This document shows, piece by piece, positions 47,616 through 60,344 of a stretch of 64,000 nucleotides of DNA. The DNA comes from Macrostomum lignano (lineage: Eukaryota). The stretch lies in NCBI GenBank assembly GCA_002269645.1, contig NIVC01000553.1, positions 1 to 64,000 on the forward strand, in the 5' to 3' direction. The notes beneath the pieces were generated by a model that saw only the letters and a program-made list of their open reading frames with translations, was not told the DNA's origin and did no database searches. Within the stretch, counting starts at the first letter, position 1. Every line of letters begins with the position of its first letter. Position numbers and translations under genes: made by a program.

Positions 47616-48541
47616 CCAGATGCCTGGTTACATCGGAATCTTAATACAAAAGTTAAATACTTGATTATTTTATTATTGAAACCTACTTCTCGTCAAGCTG
47701 TCTCACGAACGCGTAATAAAAACTCTCAGAAAACTTTTACTGCTGCATTAATGAGTGAACAAAGTCAAATTATGTTGTTTTTTGTTATGTTGCATTGCAT
47801 GAAATAATCAGAAGCCGTGTTCCTGACTGTTTAACAGAGCAAGCCATTCAATTTTCCGAAGTTCGCCACTTTAGTTGCATCACGCATTCTTTAAACAATT
47901 GAAATATATTCCAGAAAATGAGACCCATACAAGAGAAATTGTGAGCTTTATAGTTTACATCTCAACCCTTCTCATTTTAAGTTTTTTCCTATTTTCTGTT
48001 TTCCTTAATTTCGTTCTTCGTTCTTTTGTTCTTTCGTTTTGTACAATGTATGATATTCAATTTCGGATCGCAATTTGCGTGTACAGTACATATACTGTAT
48101 GCCAGTGAGATAAATTCTCGACTGAAGAGGTATTCCGTGCAGTTTCTATTGAATAAATCCTTAAACCTTGTCATCGTATAATTTGTTAGCAATTTAATTA
48201 AACAATGTATACATATGCACATGCAGTACATGTAAGGTCATAGTAGCATCGTTTTCTGTATCTAACTGAGCCTTTTAGCACACATGCTTTTTACAGCCTT
48301 GTATACAGCTGCTAATGTAATAAAATCAGATAGATTTTTCGATTAAATAAATTAATCAACCGCGGCCGGGCCGGTACCACTTAAAGTAGTCCTTGCTTAA
48401 CATTTCTAGTGGTCAGTTTAACAAAAGGAAAATTATAGTGCTTAATTAGGTTAAGAAAACGTTTGATAGAGAATTTATTAGATTAATTTCTTATTTACGA
48501 GTAGTCGTCGAAACTATAGGGCACCGGAAAACAAGCAGCAT

Positions 48542-51477
48542 CCCAGTGAAAAAAATGATATGGATTCCATGTGGATTTTTCATATGAAATCCATATGTGC
48601 ATTTGTCTCCGTCCATCCATGTGGAATCAAGATATGGATTCCACATGGAAGATCCATATGGAAGTAATTATGTATTTCACATAGAATCCACATTGTCATT
48701 GAATAAGCAGCCATTATACTGGTTGCCATAATAAATTGTTGCATCCTAAATCTCAAAATAATACCAGATCTCAAAATTTCATACGAACCCCAGATCTCAA
48801 TACCATATAAAAGAAACTGAAACACAGATAAAACACTAGCTATAGCCAAAAATATTTCTGCACAAAAATTCAAAATTCAAAATTCAATATTCAAAAACGA
48901 TGTAAGGTGTATTTATGTACAGTAGTGAGTCACTGGCACACAAAGAATAAACACACTGATGTAAATATTGATATCTTTAGAGTTGCACTGCGCATATGAT
49001 ATAATATATAATTTGAAATTGACATTGTCAATAGCATTAATTAACAATAATATAATGCATCAGAATTAGAACAGTCAGAAACATGCTGCTGCCAATTGCC
49101 AGAATGCTGCTTCTTCAGGTCAGGTGAGCAACCTTAGAAAAGAAAGGGGTTAAATTACAGAATTTTATAACAGATTGATGACAGATTTTGTAATAGATTT
49201 TGATAGATTTTGATGACAGAAAAAAATAAGTTTATAACTAAAACTTACCATTGCTTCACAAAAGGTAGCATTTGAGATATTAAATTCAAATTCCAAGTAG
49301 CTTTGCAAGCTTCTTCAAATGCAAGACCAAGGTGACATCCAAGTTTGAGGATGGGTCATGTAATGTTAGGCTGAAATGAAATAGAAAAATAATTGTTGCC
49401 AATTAAGATTGATAAATAATATTTATATAATTCATAAAACTAATTTAATGATGAATACTTATAAAATAAAATAAAGTTTATTTTAAAATTAACTAGGCCT
49501 AAGTCCTAGGTTTATTTTTTAAGCGCAAAGTGTGCATATGCACCCTAAATTTAAAAATTGCACCTTGAAAATTGAAATTAAAAAGTTGATGATACAGTTT
49601 AGGTGTGATCTCATTACCTATTTTTCTGTTGAAGCCTTTTTTGCACTGCCTTTATATAAGAAAAAAGAGAAACTGCATTTTAAGCCTTAAAATCATAAAA
49701 CCCTAAAAGTGAGCATAGGGTATGATTTTGCACCTTGTCTCTAGCAAAAAAGAAAACCCTACCCAAGTCAATCAATAAAATTAAATTAATAAAATTAAAA
49801 TAATAAGTACAAAAAATTAATATATGTTTCTATAAATTTAATTTTTTATTTTAAAATTGATTTTAGACTAGGCCCTATAAAGTATTTAGGCAAAGCAATG
49901 CATGTTTTTTTTATATTTGCAGGCCTATTATGATTAAAAGGGGGGCTGTAGCCAAGCGGTAGCACAGCTGCTCTGGTGTGCCAGCGACCTAGGCTCGATT
50001 CTAAGTGCAGTCACATTAATTTGGGGCTGAATTGGAATCTTGGCTTGGCTCTCTGCTTGTGCAATTAATGGCCTTGAGAGCCAACCCCCAAGGCACAGTG
50101 AAGTATACATGCCTAACAATAAATAAAGTTAGGGCCACTGTACACTCCTATGTAAATGTGCCTGCATACGTATCCGCACGCTTGTGTGCCTGCTCAAGGG
50201 AGTTAATGGAATGGGCAGCAATGCCTCTCGCCAGTTGTATGCCTATGTCGCTTAACGTGTGCCAGGGTGCACACAACCCCCTGCCTCTAATAAAAAAAAA
50301 ATAGTATGATTAAACATTAGGCCTAATCTTAAAAGCTATGCCCTATAGCTATTAAATTCTAGACTTGGCCTAAATCAGATCAAATTTACAATAATCATTA
50401 TTTATTTATAATAGCAACCTTAGGGATCTGCTAGGCTAGCTATGCCAAAAACAGGTTGCAAGTGTAATTGCAAAGAATTATTTATAATGATTAATAATAT
50501 TGTTTTTAAAAATGCAACAAGTCTAAAAGACGCTAACAGGCTTTTTTGAAGAAAATCATAAATGAATAGATTTTTAACAGATTAACTAGATTGACTAGTC
50601 ACAATTCACAAAGTCAAGCTAGGCCTAGTCTTAACCTTAATTAAAATAGAAGGACCTAAATTGATAGTTATAGGCCTAGGCCTAGCTTAAAATAGGCCTA
50701 ATAAGCATACATAAATAGATAAGACTAATAGGTAGGACTAAGAGGAAATTATGAACTTCTAAAGGACTATTTAAGTTTAAAAAATGAGTAGCCAATCTAT
50801 GGACATGGCCATGGGATTCCTAGAAATTGGATAAGCCTAAATAAATTTATCATGGATGGATTTTACCAAAAGTATTAGGCCTATCTATGATGAAATACTG
50901 ATTTATCTAATTTCTAATCCCATGGAGGCCATGGCCTTATAAGTTATTGCCTATAGGCTACGTCTACTAAAATTTTTAAGGTGCTTAAATAGCCATAAAC
51001 AAGGCAATTTATCTTTCAAGGCCTTGAACCAAGACATTGACGAATATAAAATAAAATAAATTTAATTTTAAAAAGCACGAAACGTTTTTTATTGTTCACT
51101 TCTATTTTGTCTATTTTAACAAACAGTATCTTATTTTCTGATTATAATTTAGCTTTAAGATATTAATTTTTACTTAAAAGCATATAAATATAATAATTAA
51201 TTATATTAATTTCATAAAAACGTCTTAATGTGGTGTATCACAGTTTTTTTATCGAAGTGGATTCCATGTTGAATCAATATACGCTTATTTCTCATGAATT
51301 CCTTGTAAAATCCACATCAACATTAGGACAGTAAAAATTAAAAAATAGTGCATAAAAAATACTTTGCATACCATTATGTCATCTTTAAGTCATTAATTTG
51401 CAAAAATTAAAGAAACATTTAAATTCCACATGGCCACGTGGAACCCACGTGGAATCCATGAATCATTTTTCACTGGG
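48542..51477. mobile_element. Non-autonomous TIR element, probably CMC/EnSpm (CACTA)-like (2.9 kb)
   Basis: Imperfect ~30-bp TIR cccagtgaaaaa(a)tga...atggattcca.gtgg; TSD either AT (2 bp) or CAG (3 bp, if the TIR starts CATCCC); subterminal ccatatg/tggatt repeats; no transposase ORF; hosts a SINE. Confidence 0.7.
49939..50304 (+). mobile_element. tRNA-derived SINE family 1, full-length copy
   Basis: A box TAGCCAAGCGG (49949), B box GGCTCGATTCT (49992), A-rich tail, 10-bp TSD tatgattaaa (49929-49938 / 50305-50314). Confidence 0.85.
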
Positions 51478-51871
51478 ATGCAGGGTACCGAAATGCTGGG
51501 TACCGAAAAGTTTCAGGGATGCCGAAAAGACACGGAAAACTGTATTATACAGCTAGTGTACCCTTACTAGTATAGCTATTAACTATACTATAGTACATAT
51601 GTACTTGTGAATTTTTAAACTGGTGCTGCTATGCATAATTATTGTGAAAAACTGGGAAGACCGGCAATTCACAACACCCACGAGCCAACCCCAAATGCAC
51701 AGAGAGTGTACAATACGATGCCTGACGATTAGAAAATTAAGTTAAGGGGCCAGTACACCTCGTGTGAGAGTGTATATATGAGTGCGTGCAGTCAGCGTAC
51801 AGTAATGGCGCTTGAATGTGCTCTGGAGTCAGCTGAATGGGCAGAATTACGAGTATCCACATATCCATCCG

Positions 51872-52637
51872 CAGGGGCGCCGCCAGGGGGGGGGACATGT
51901 CCCCCTAGTAAAGGCTATGGGGGGACATGCCAATGCTAATGTGGGACTTCGCCTGCGTCGGATCTGGATCTGCAGATCTGGATCTGTGCCTGTGGCGCAA
52001 AAATGAGTGCCTGCGGTGCCAAAATGAGTGCCTGCGGCGCCAAAATGAGTGCCTGCGGCGCCAAAATGAGTGCCTGTGGCGCCAAAATGAGTGGCTGCGG
52101 CGCTAAAATAAGTGTCTGCGGCGCTAAAATAAGTGTCTGCGGCGCTGAAATAAGTGTCTGCGGCGCTAAAATAAGTGTCTGCGGCGCTAAAATAAGTGTC
52201 TGCGGCGCTAAAATGAGTGCCTGAGGCACCAAAATGAGTGCCTATGGCGCTAAAATGAGTGTCTGCGGCGCTAAAATGAGTGCCTGCGGCGCTAAAATGA
52301 GTGCCTGCGGCGCCAAAATGAGTGCCTGCGGCGCCAAAATGAGTGCCTGCGGCGCCAAAATGAGTGCCTACGGCGCAAAAATGAGTGCCTGCGGCGCCAA
52401 AATCAGTGCCTGCGGCGCCAAAATGAGTGCCTGCGGCGCCAAAATGAGTGCCTGCGGCGCCAAAATGAGTGCCTGTGGCGCCAAAATGAGTGCCTGTGGC
52501 TAGAAAATAAGTTCTTGTGGCGCCAATGAGCGCTGACTCATTTACAGAGTCTGAAAATAATGTACATGTACATGTTTAGTACATGTTGAATTCTTGGCTT
52601 CGTCCTCCCTACCATAAAATCCATGGCGACGCCCCTG
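51872..52637. mobile_element. MITE carrying an internal 21-bp minisatellite (~24 units, ~51995-52500)
   Basis: TIR caggggcg(c/t)cgcca(g/t)gg at both ends; internal unit aaaatgagtgcctgcggcgc(t/c); only a 2-bp CG duplication visible. Confidence 0.75.
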
Positions 52638-53109
52638 CGTTTTCAGATATCCTCTGCTGCAGCCCAGCTCCACTGTGAATGTACATGTTCATTATTCTTC
52701 TTACCATACAGACACTATACGGTATATGCTGTAATAATAATTGAACTGTCGTGAGTTAGAGCTGTATGTTCCGATGACATGTAATTACTTCTCAATTGCG
52801 GTTAAACTTATCGGGATTCGAATAAGTATAGAAAACCGCCTTTAAATCGCGTCGCTTTTTCACATAGTATAGGATATCATATTTCAAGATGACGAAAATT
52901 TGGGCTAAATTTAGTTTACAGAAATTGACAGGGCAAGAAGGGTCGCCCCTCTCGATAGATGGATGATTAATGGATGCACAGGCACAGGCGGTTCAGATCG
53001 TGCGAAATAATTCTTACAGGCTGGACACAAATTACCAATTAAGACAACAAGAAGATTCATTTAATTTCTTTCTGATTCGTTTAATTTCGCTTGATTTTAA
53101 GGACAAAAA

Positions 53110-53580
53110 ATGTCGAAGCTAAGCTTCCGGGAAGCCATCCGGGTGGTTTCATTTTTAATTTCACTTTTATACTTGAGCTTCCAAGACACAGCTCAGCTAA
53201 CGAACCCCGAGGGTAAAGTCAGTGCGTTTCAGCAAGAGCAGCAGAAAAAAGTTGCTTATAAACTTTTTTTGAGGCTTAAATTCTAAAAATTGCTTGAGTC
53301 GGTCTTTGAGAGCGGCTTCGGCTCCAACGCTGTCTTTGGGTTAATTTTAATAATTGTAGGAGGCTGCGACATCCTCCAACAACCAGAGCTGACGGGAAAT
53401 TCTGCCCATTCCGCTGACTCCAGCGCAGACAAGCGTGTCAATACGGGTCGAAAAGTCACATCGTCGAAAACTGATCGATTTAGCAGCCACCATCACAAGC
53501 TCCAAAAGTCACAAGCTCGAAAAGTCACAAGCTCGAAAAGTCACAAGCTCGAAAAGTCACATCGTCGAAAACTGATTTAG
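53110..53580 (+). CDS. Candidate small secreted protein, exons 53110-53212 and 53360-53580 (107 aa, C-terminus runs into a repeat)
   Basis: MSKLSFREAIRVVSFLISLLYLSFQDTA is signal-peptide-like; G|gtaaag and ttgtag|GA are phase-1 compatible; KR dibasic site; no homology recognised. Confidence 0.3.
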
Positions 53581-53820
53581 CAGCCACCATCACAAGCTTG
53601 AAAAGTCACAAGCTCGAAAAGTCACAAGCTTGAAAAGTCACAAGCTCGAAAAGTCAAGCTCGAAAAGTCACAAGCTCGAAAAGTCACAAGCTCGAAAAGT
53701 CACAAGCTCGAAAAGTCACAAGCTCGAAAAGTCACAAGCTCGAAAAGTCACAAGCTCGAAAAGTCACAAGCTCGAAAAGTCACAAGCTCGAAAAGTCACA
53801 AGCTCGAAAAGGCACAAGCT
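53487..53820. repeat. 16-bp minisatellite (aaaagtcacaagctcg)
   Basis: Period read directly; ends against telomeric repeats. Confidence 0.9.
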
Positions 53821-53852
53821 CTAACCCTAACCCTAACCCTAACCCTAACCCT
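53821..53852. repeat. Interstitial telomeric repeat (CTAACC)5 = (TTAGGG)5 on the minus strand
   Basis: ctaaccctaaccctaaccctaaccctaaccct. Confidence 0.9.
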
Positions 53853-54683
53853 TTTAGAGCTTGTGATGGTGGTTGGCTTTCAATCAGTTGAAAGCTCCCC
53901 AGTTCTAAAGTACGAGTATACTCAAAAACATTATCCTAACTTACTAAATCGTACAGCTTATCACAAAAGTACTCGCAAATGTGGAATCGTGACTTCTAAG
54001 CTCGAGAAGGCCTATTTTTAACTTCTTCCTGTTCACAAGCAGAAAACAGAACTTGGCGGCAACGCGAATGCAAAGAGGCCGAGGCGCGGAAGGCAGGCTT
54101 GAAATAGAAATTATAATAGTTATGGAATTCCGCCTTGAGTCTCTCTGCGCCTCGTCTTCGAGAAGCTGCTCAAGACAGGTGCAGGTATTGGGATTGGGGC
54201 GCAAATGTCTCCTACGGCAGCAGATTGGCCAGGACAGCCTAGGGGGAGCTGAGGCATGAGGAATCCGAAGCTCCCTTCTCCTCTCTCAACCCCTCTTCTA
54301 GCCCGGACTCTGATTGATGAAGCACGAAGACCGCCTCCCAACCTAGCAGACCTAGCCTAAGCCTGTGTTTAGTGCAAAGACGAGACAGTCGGTTCTTCTG
54401 CCTTTAACCAGGGAGTCTTCGTATTGAGCTTTGAGCAAGCCTAGCCGCCTGTAGCCTCTCTGCTAATAATTAATAGGAGGCACAACTCAAGAAGAGAGAA
54501 TTAACAATTGCAAAGTCAAAAGCCAGTGCAGCAAAACCGATTAGCCTGCAGCTGTGCTACCCCAACCCCCCATCAGCTCTTATATATAATATAGCTAGGA
54601 CTGACAACATTTAAGAGTCAAGCCTTATCTGTATGTACAGGTCAACCCGTTACGCCAGCACTCGGAGACCCGACCCGGCCGCT

Positions 54684-57600
54684 ATGGAGACGGCATCGAA
54701 TGCTCTGCTGGATGCAGTGAACCGCGGCAAGAGCCATCTGGTAAAGTTCATTCTGGAGGCCTGCGAGGGCGACGTAAGGAAGGCGACTAATTATCGCGAC
54801 TTCAAAGGCAAAACGCCGCTAATCCGGGCCGTGTACATTACGGTGAGTGGGGCTGTGACGGCGGGGGGGGGGAGAGTCTGATGAAATCGGGGAGAGAGTC
54901 TGATGAAATTGGGGGGGAGTCTGATGAAATTGGGGGAGAGTCTGATGAAATTGGGGAGAGTCTGATGAAATTGGGGGAGAGTCTGATGAAATTGGGGAGA
55001 GTCTGATGAAATTGGGGGAGAGTCTGATGAAATTGGGAGAGTCTGATGAAATTGGGGAGAGTCTGATGAAATTGGGGGAGAGTCTGATGAAATTGGGGGA
55101 GAGTCTGATGAAATTGGGAGAGTCTGATGAAATTGGGGGGAGTCTGATGAAATTGGGGAGAGTCTGATGAAATTGGGGGAGAGTCTGATGAAATTGGGGG
55201 AGAGTCTGATGAAATTGGGGGAGAGTCTGATGAAATTGGGGGAGAGTCTGATGAAATTGGGGGAGAGTCTGATGAAATTGGGGGAGAGTCTGATGAAATT
55301 GGGGGAGAGTTTGATGAAATTGGGGGGAGAGTCTGATGAAATTGGGGGAGAGTCTGATGAAATTGGGGGGAGAGTCTGATGAAATTGGGGGAGAGTCTGA
55401 TGAAATTGGGGGGAGAGTCTGATGAAATCGGGGGAGAGTCTGATGAAATTGGGGGAGAGTCTGATGAAATTGGGGGGAGAGTCTGATGAAATTGGGGGAG
55501 AGTCTGATGAAATCGGGGAGAGTCTGATGAAATTGGGGGGAGTCTGATGAAATTGGGGAGAGTCTGATGAAATTGGGGGAAAGTCTGATGAAATTGGGGG
55601 AGAGTCTGATGAAATCGGGGGGAGAGTCTGATGAAATTGGGGGAGAGTCTGATGAAATCCGTGGGAGAGTCTGATGAAATCGGGGGGAGAGTCTGATGAA
55701 ATCGGGGGGAGAGTCTGATGAAATTGGAAAGAGTCTGATGAAATCGGAGAGAGTCTGATGAAATCGGGGGGAGAGTCTGATGAAATCGGGGGGAGAGTCT
55801 GATGAAATTGGAAAGAGTCTGATGAAATCGGAGAGAGTCTGATGAAATCGGGGGGAGAGTCTGATGAAATCGGGGGGAGAGTCTGATGAAATTGGAAAGA
55901 GTCTGATGAAATCGGAGAGAGTCTGATGAAATCGGGGGGAGAGTCTGATGAAATCGGGGGGAGTCTGATGAAATTGGAAAGAGTCTGATGAAATCGGAGA
56001 GAGTCTGATGAAATCGGGGGGGGGGGAGTCTGATGAAATCGGGGGAGTCTGACAAAGTCTACACAGACAGCTAACCACTTTTTTGTATAGCAGGCCGAAA
56101 AAGACCCTTAAAAGTGCAGCAAAGAGAGGCTAAAACGAAGGATTCGTCAAGGCGGAAAGAAGTCGAGCAGTGGGGCCACTCCAATTCCATCAGTAATAGG
56201 ATGATGGGTTGTCCTTTCTTACGACTGTCCCGCTCTATTTAATCCCCGAAAAACCTTATTCCTTACTACCTTTGCTCTGCGCTAGGTTTAAAATGAGGAT
56301 TTTGAGCTGACATCTCAGATTGTAGAGACGCTCCTTTAGCTGAATAATGTGCTTGTATAGTTCGGGTAAAAAGACTAATTATTGTGTCGATGAGTCGAAA
56401 GTCGATATTTTAACCTATATGGTTAGGATGGAAATATTGATGCAAAAAATGCAATGCAGGCTTAGATAGCTTCGAAAGTGAACCTGTCATAGAATCTCAT
56501 AGAATGTAACAGATAAGAGAGTGCTCATATCTAACAGATAAGAGTGCTCATATCTAACAGATAAGAGTGCTCATATCTAACAGATAAGAGTGCTCATATC
56601 TAACAGATAAGAGTGCTCATATCTAACAGATAAGAGTGCTCATATCTAACAGATAAGAGTGCTCATATCTAACAGATAAGAGTGCTCATATCTAACAGAT
56701 AAGAGTGCTCATATCTAACAGATAAGAGTGCTCATATCTAACGGCTAAGGATTCCTATATCTAACACACTGACTACACCTTGTAATAACATTCAATTTTA
56801 CAAGTCAGCCACCCGAATACATCAGATGAACTAACTGGATACTCAGGCGGCGCCATTAGCCTTCAAATCATCAAAGGCGCAACGAACCCTCTGTTCTGAG
56901 ATAAACAAAATCTGTTATAGAATTCACATGTATAGAATTTTTTCCAACTCAAAAACATCAGTTCCTTAGGCAAAGTCGCAGTTGCGAAAATACGTTAATT
57001 AGAGCCCGCATACCTCTGTCGCCGAATGCATTCCGAAAATATTCGGTCTAAAAATAAATCATAACGAGGCCGGAGCGCATAAAATCAAAGGACATCGGAT
57101 GCTGGATTAACTTTCCAATTACAGGAATCTGGGAAATGTTTTGAATATGGGGGGTGGGGCTTTGGGCGCTGCCGCTCAGCAGGGCGAACGGCTGACACGA
57201 TGATCACTGAGCAGGCACACACGCATAATAATACAGAGAAAAATCTATAATGGAGAGAAAAATCGATTATGGAAAGAAAAATCGATAATGCAGAGAAAAA
57301 TCGATAATTAAGAGAAAAATCGATAATGCAGAGAAAATCGATAATGGAGAGAAAAATCAATAATGGAGAGAAAAATCAATAATGGAGAGAAAAATCGATA
57401 ATGGGGAGAAAAATAAAAAAATGGAGGGAAAAACAAATAATGGAGAAAAATCGATAATGGAAAGAAAAATCGATAATGGAGAGAAAAATCTATAATTAAG
57501 AGAAAAATCGATAATGCAGAGAAAATCGATAATGGCTAGATAAATCGATAATGGGGAGAGACTAATCGATAATGGAGAGATACAACATCGATGATGGCGA

Positions 57601-60041
57601 GTTACTTTCATAATCGGCAAAATTTGGAGCTTGGAGTGGGGCGGCTGCATTGTCCTCACGGGGGTAAATCTTTTACCATCATAAGCTCTTAGGCCAATAT
57701 CCGTGCGCGAAATTTAACTTGGCGCCCTCTATCCAATATTGCCATCCCAAATCTCCACTCCAGGAGGAGAAGTGCCGTCAAAGAATCATGCAGATGCTCC
57801 TGACTCACGGTGCCAATCCCAACTATCAAGACGATGCCGGTCGAACTGCGCTCAGCTACGCTTGCGAACTGCGTCACAACGACGTTGTTAGGCTGCTAAT
57901 TAAGCACAATGTCGATCCTGAGATGCCGGACAAAGAGGGTTAGTGCTGGGGAGTGACCATACGCTTGTTAGCAAAAGATCGTGCACTCTCTTTACCCCAT
58001 AGACATCAGACATCACCAAGCAGACTGTGCACTCTCTTTACCCCATAGACATCAGACATCACCAAGCAGACTGTGCACTCTCTTTCCCCATAGACATCAG
58101 ACATCACCAAGCAGACTGTGCACTCTCTTTACCCCATAGACATCAGACATCACCAAGCAGACTGTGCACTCTCTTTACCCCATAGACATCAGACATCACC
58201 AAGCAGACTGTGCACTCTCTTTACCCCATAGACATCAGACATCACCAAGCAGACTGTGCACTCTCTTTACCCCATAGACAACACACATCACCAAGCAGAC
58301 TGTGCACTCTCTTTACCCCATAGACAACACACATCACCAAAGCAGATCGTGCACTCTGTTTAGCTCATAGACAAGACCAAGATCGCGCTAATTATACATA
58401 CATAAAATCAATCTGCAGGCAACACACCTCTGATGCACTGCGCTCGCGTTGGCAACGATACAGGCATCGGCATCTTGATCAAATGCTTCCGACGACTCGG
58501 TTTAGACATCGACAGGTGCAACAAAGACGGATTCACCGCGATGCTGATAGCTGCTAGGCAGGGCTTCACAGAGAGCGCTTCTCTGCTGGCCATTGAAGGT
58601 CACGCTTCCGTCACTAAGACTGACGAACGGTAATAAGTTAGCTAAATGCAAACAGCGTTCTTTGCATGAACCCTATTTTCCAACCATATCTATGTAAAGG
58701 GCCAAAAAACTTTTAACATTTACGATTGTGAAATGCAAGGGCTAGCAACCTCTTTGAGCAGTGGGATTAGTGCCTCTATTGAACCATTATCGATCTCAGC
58801 CTTTAACTCCTGGGCTTTATAACTACACATTATATCTCTCCGCATCTCAAAATTCGGTTCCCGATAGTTCCAACATCTCAAACTTGGGTTCCCGATAGTT
58901 CCAACATCTCAAACTTGGGTTGCCGATAGTTCCAACACCTCAACCTTAGGTTCCCGATAGTTCCAACATCTCAAACTTGTGTTGTCGATAGTTCCAACAT
59001 CTCAAACTTGGTTTGCCGATAGTTCCAACATCTCAAACTTGGGTTCCCGATAGTTCCAACATCTCAAACTTGGTTTGCCGATAGTTCCAACATCTCAAAC
59101 TTGGATTGCTGATAGTTCCAACATCTCAAACTTGGGTTCCCGATAGTTCCAACATCTCAAATGACCATATTGACCAACCCGCAATCCATAAACAAAGGTA
59201 CGGCCGTAACGCGGAGCAGTGGGCCCGTTCCCAAGGCTGCACCACGCCCGAGGTCGCCCTGTTCAGCACGGCCGCTGAGAAGCTGGTCAAACGCCGACCG
59301 AAGTCGCTCCGGGTGGACACCCGACCGGCCTATCCGAGCAGTCGAACTTCGCCATACCGTCCGCCGGCTCAGCATCAGATGCCGCTGCACCCGCCCTGGA
59401 AAAACAGCCGGCCGGGCGCGCGCACGCCCTCCAACAGCCGGAAGTCTCCATCGCCGAGCATCCAGCTGGCGCCGCCGCCGCCGCCGCCTCAGCCAAGAAA
59501 GTCGCTGACACCGAAGGACGCCTCGTCGGCAGCTCTGGGCGCCAGCCGATCCAGAAGCTCAACAATGACAACTCTGCTGACCAATAGTCGAACAACCGTT
59601 CGTGGCAGCATCAGCAGCGTGGGCAGCGGAGGCAGCGGTGCCGAATCCAGCACAGCTAGCCGGTCCCGACCAGTCAGGGGGGTAGCTGTGCCAACAACAA
59701 AAGCATCGGGCGCCAACAGTCGACGAGCTAGCAGAGAATCCACCACGTCGACAACTAAGAAAAAGCAGCAGCAGTCAGTTGCTGTGGCGGCGGCCGCAAG
59801 CAACTCGGAGCGCAAGGACTCCACTGACGGGTCCCTAAGCGACGCAGACTTGGACGAGTTGTACAACGCTCTCACAAGCAACTACACTGTGGAGGAGATG
59901 TCAAAACGAGCCGGACTGTTAACTAGCAACGGGCAGAAACAGCGACAACAAGAAGATCAAAATGAAGACCAGGAAAATGATGAAGACACCAACTATGGAG
60001 ATGTGGCGACGTCAGTTAGTCTGACCAATTTGCACCTGTAA
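54684..60041 (+). CDS. ANKRD63: ANKRD63-like ankyrin-repeat protein, 462 aa; exons 54684-54842, 57764-57938, 58419-58629, 59198-60041
   Basis: Ankyrin motifs GKTPLIRA, GRTALSYAC, GNTPLMHCA, GFTAMLIAA; diagnostic FRRLGLDIDRCNKDG resembles ANKRD63 FRRLGLRLDRTNRAG; junction phases 0,1,2; disordered Ser/Pro-rich tail. Confidence 0.85.
54872..56052. repeat. ~20-22-bp G-rich minisatellite in ANKRD63-like intron 1
   Basis: gagagtctgatgaaat(t/c)ggg(g)n; a 4-unit ~84-bp higher-order repeat at 55721, 55805, 55889, 55971. Confidence 0.96.
56507..56742. repeat. 23-bp minisatellite (~10 units) in ANKRD63-like intron 1
   Basis: taacagataagagtgctcatatc. Confidence 0.95.
57235..57580. repeat. Degenerate ~19-bp purine-rich repeat in ANKRD63-like intron 1
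   Basis: gagagaaaaatcgataat(g). Confidence 0.8.
57978..58350. repeat. 46-bp minisatellite (~8 units) in ANKRD63-like intron 2
   Basis: cagactgtgcactctctttaccccatagacatcagacatcaccaag. Confidence 0.95.
58855..59160. repeat. 31-bp minisatellite (~10 units) in ANKRD63-like intron 3
   Basis: ccgatagttccaacatctcaaacttgggttc. Confidence 0.93.
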
Positions 60042-60344
60042 ATTCTTAAGTACACCTGTACAAGCTGTCTACAGGTACAAGCAATAATTTTGGACAAGAC
60101 AGTAGGAGCCTACATCGCTAGTTACCAGTATTAGTGGACATAGCCATTAGTACGAAGTCGAAACCTCACCTCCCCAAAAAAGCAACTTGATTACAGATTT
60201 AATGCATCCGCTAAGCCTGATACACTGTAGAATGCAATTTAAATGCACAGATCTATTCAACCCATAGTAGGATTGATTTTTTTGCTATACGTGGAACTTA
60301 AAGGAAGCCTACTATTTGTTTCGCACTCATACGAAGTCCTTTGA

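Noticed and set aside
30090-50010. tRNA genes at ~30090, ~32670-32736 and ~49940
   Set aside because: A and B boxes are present, but the acceptor and anticodon stems are not convincingly paired and each runs into a shared repeat body with a tail; these are SINE heads
54819-56078. 419-aa and 405-aa minus-strand ORFs
   Set aside because: Translations of the ~21-bp minisatellite (FHQTL/ISSDS/FIRLS cycling through frames), antisense within an intron
59106-59197. ORF-track start MLIVPTSQTWVPDSS as the N-terminus of a 311-aa protein
   Set aside because: That part is intronic 31-bp repeat; the frame is ANKRD63-like exon 4, entered at 59198
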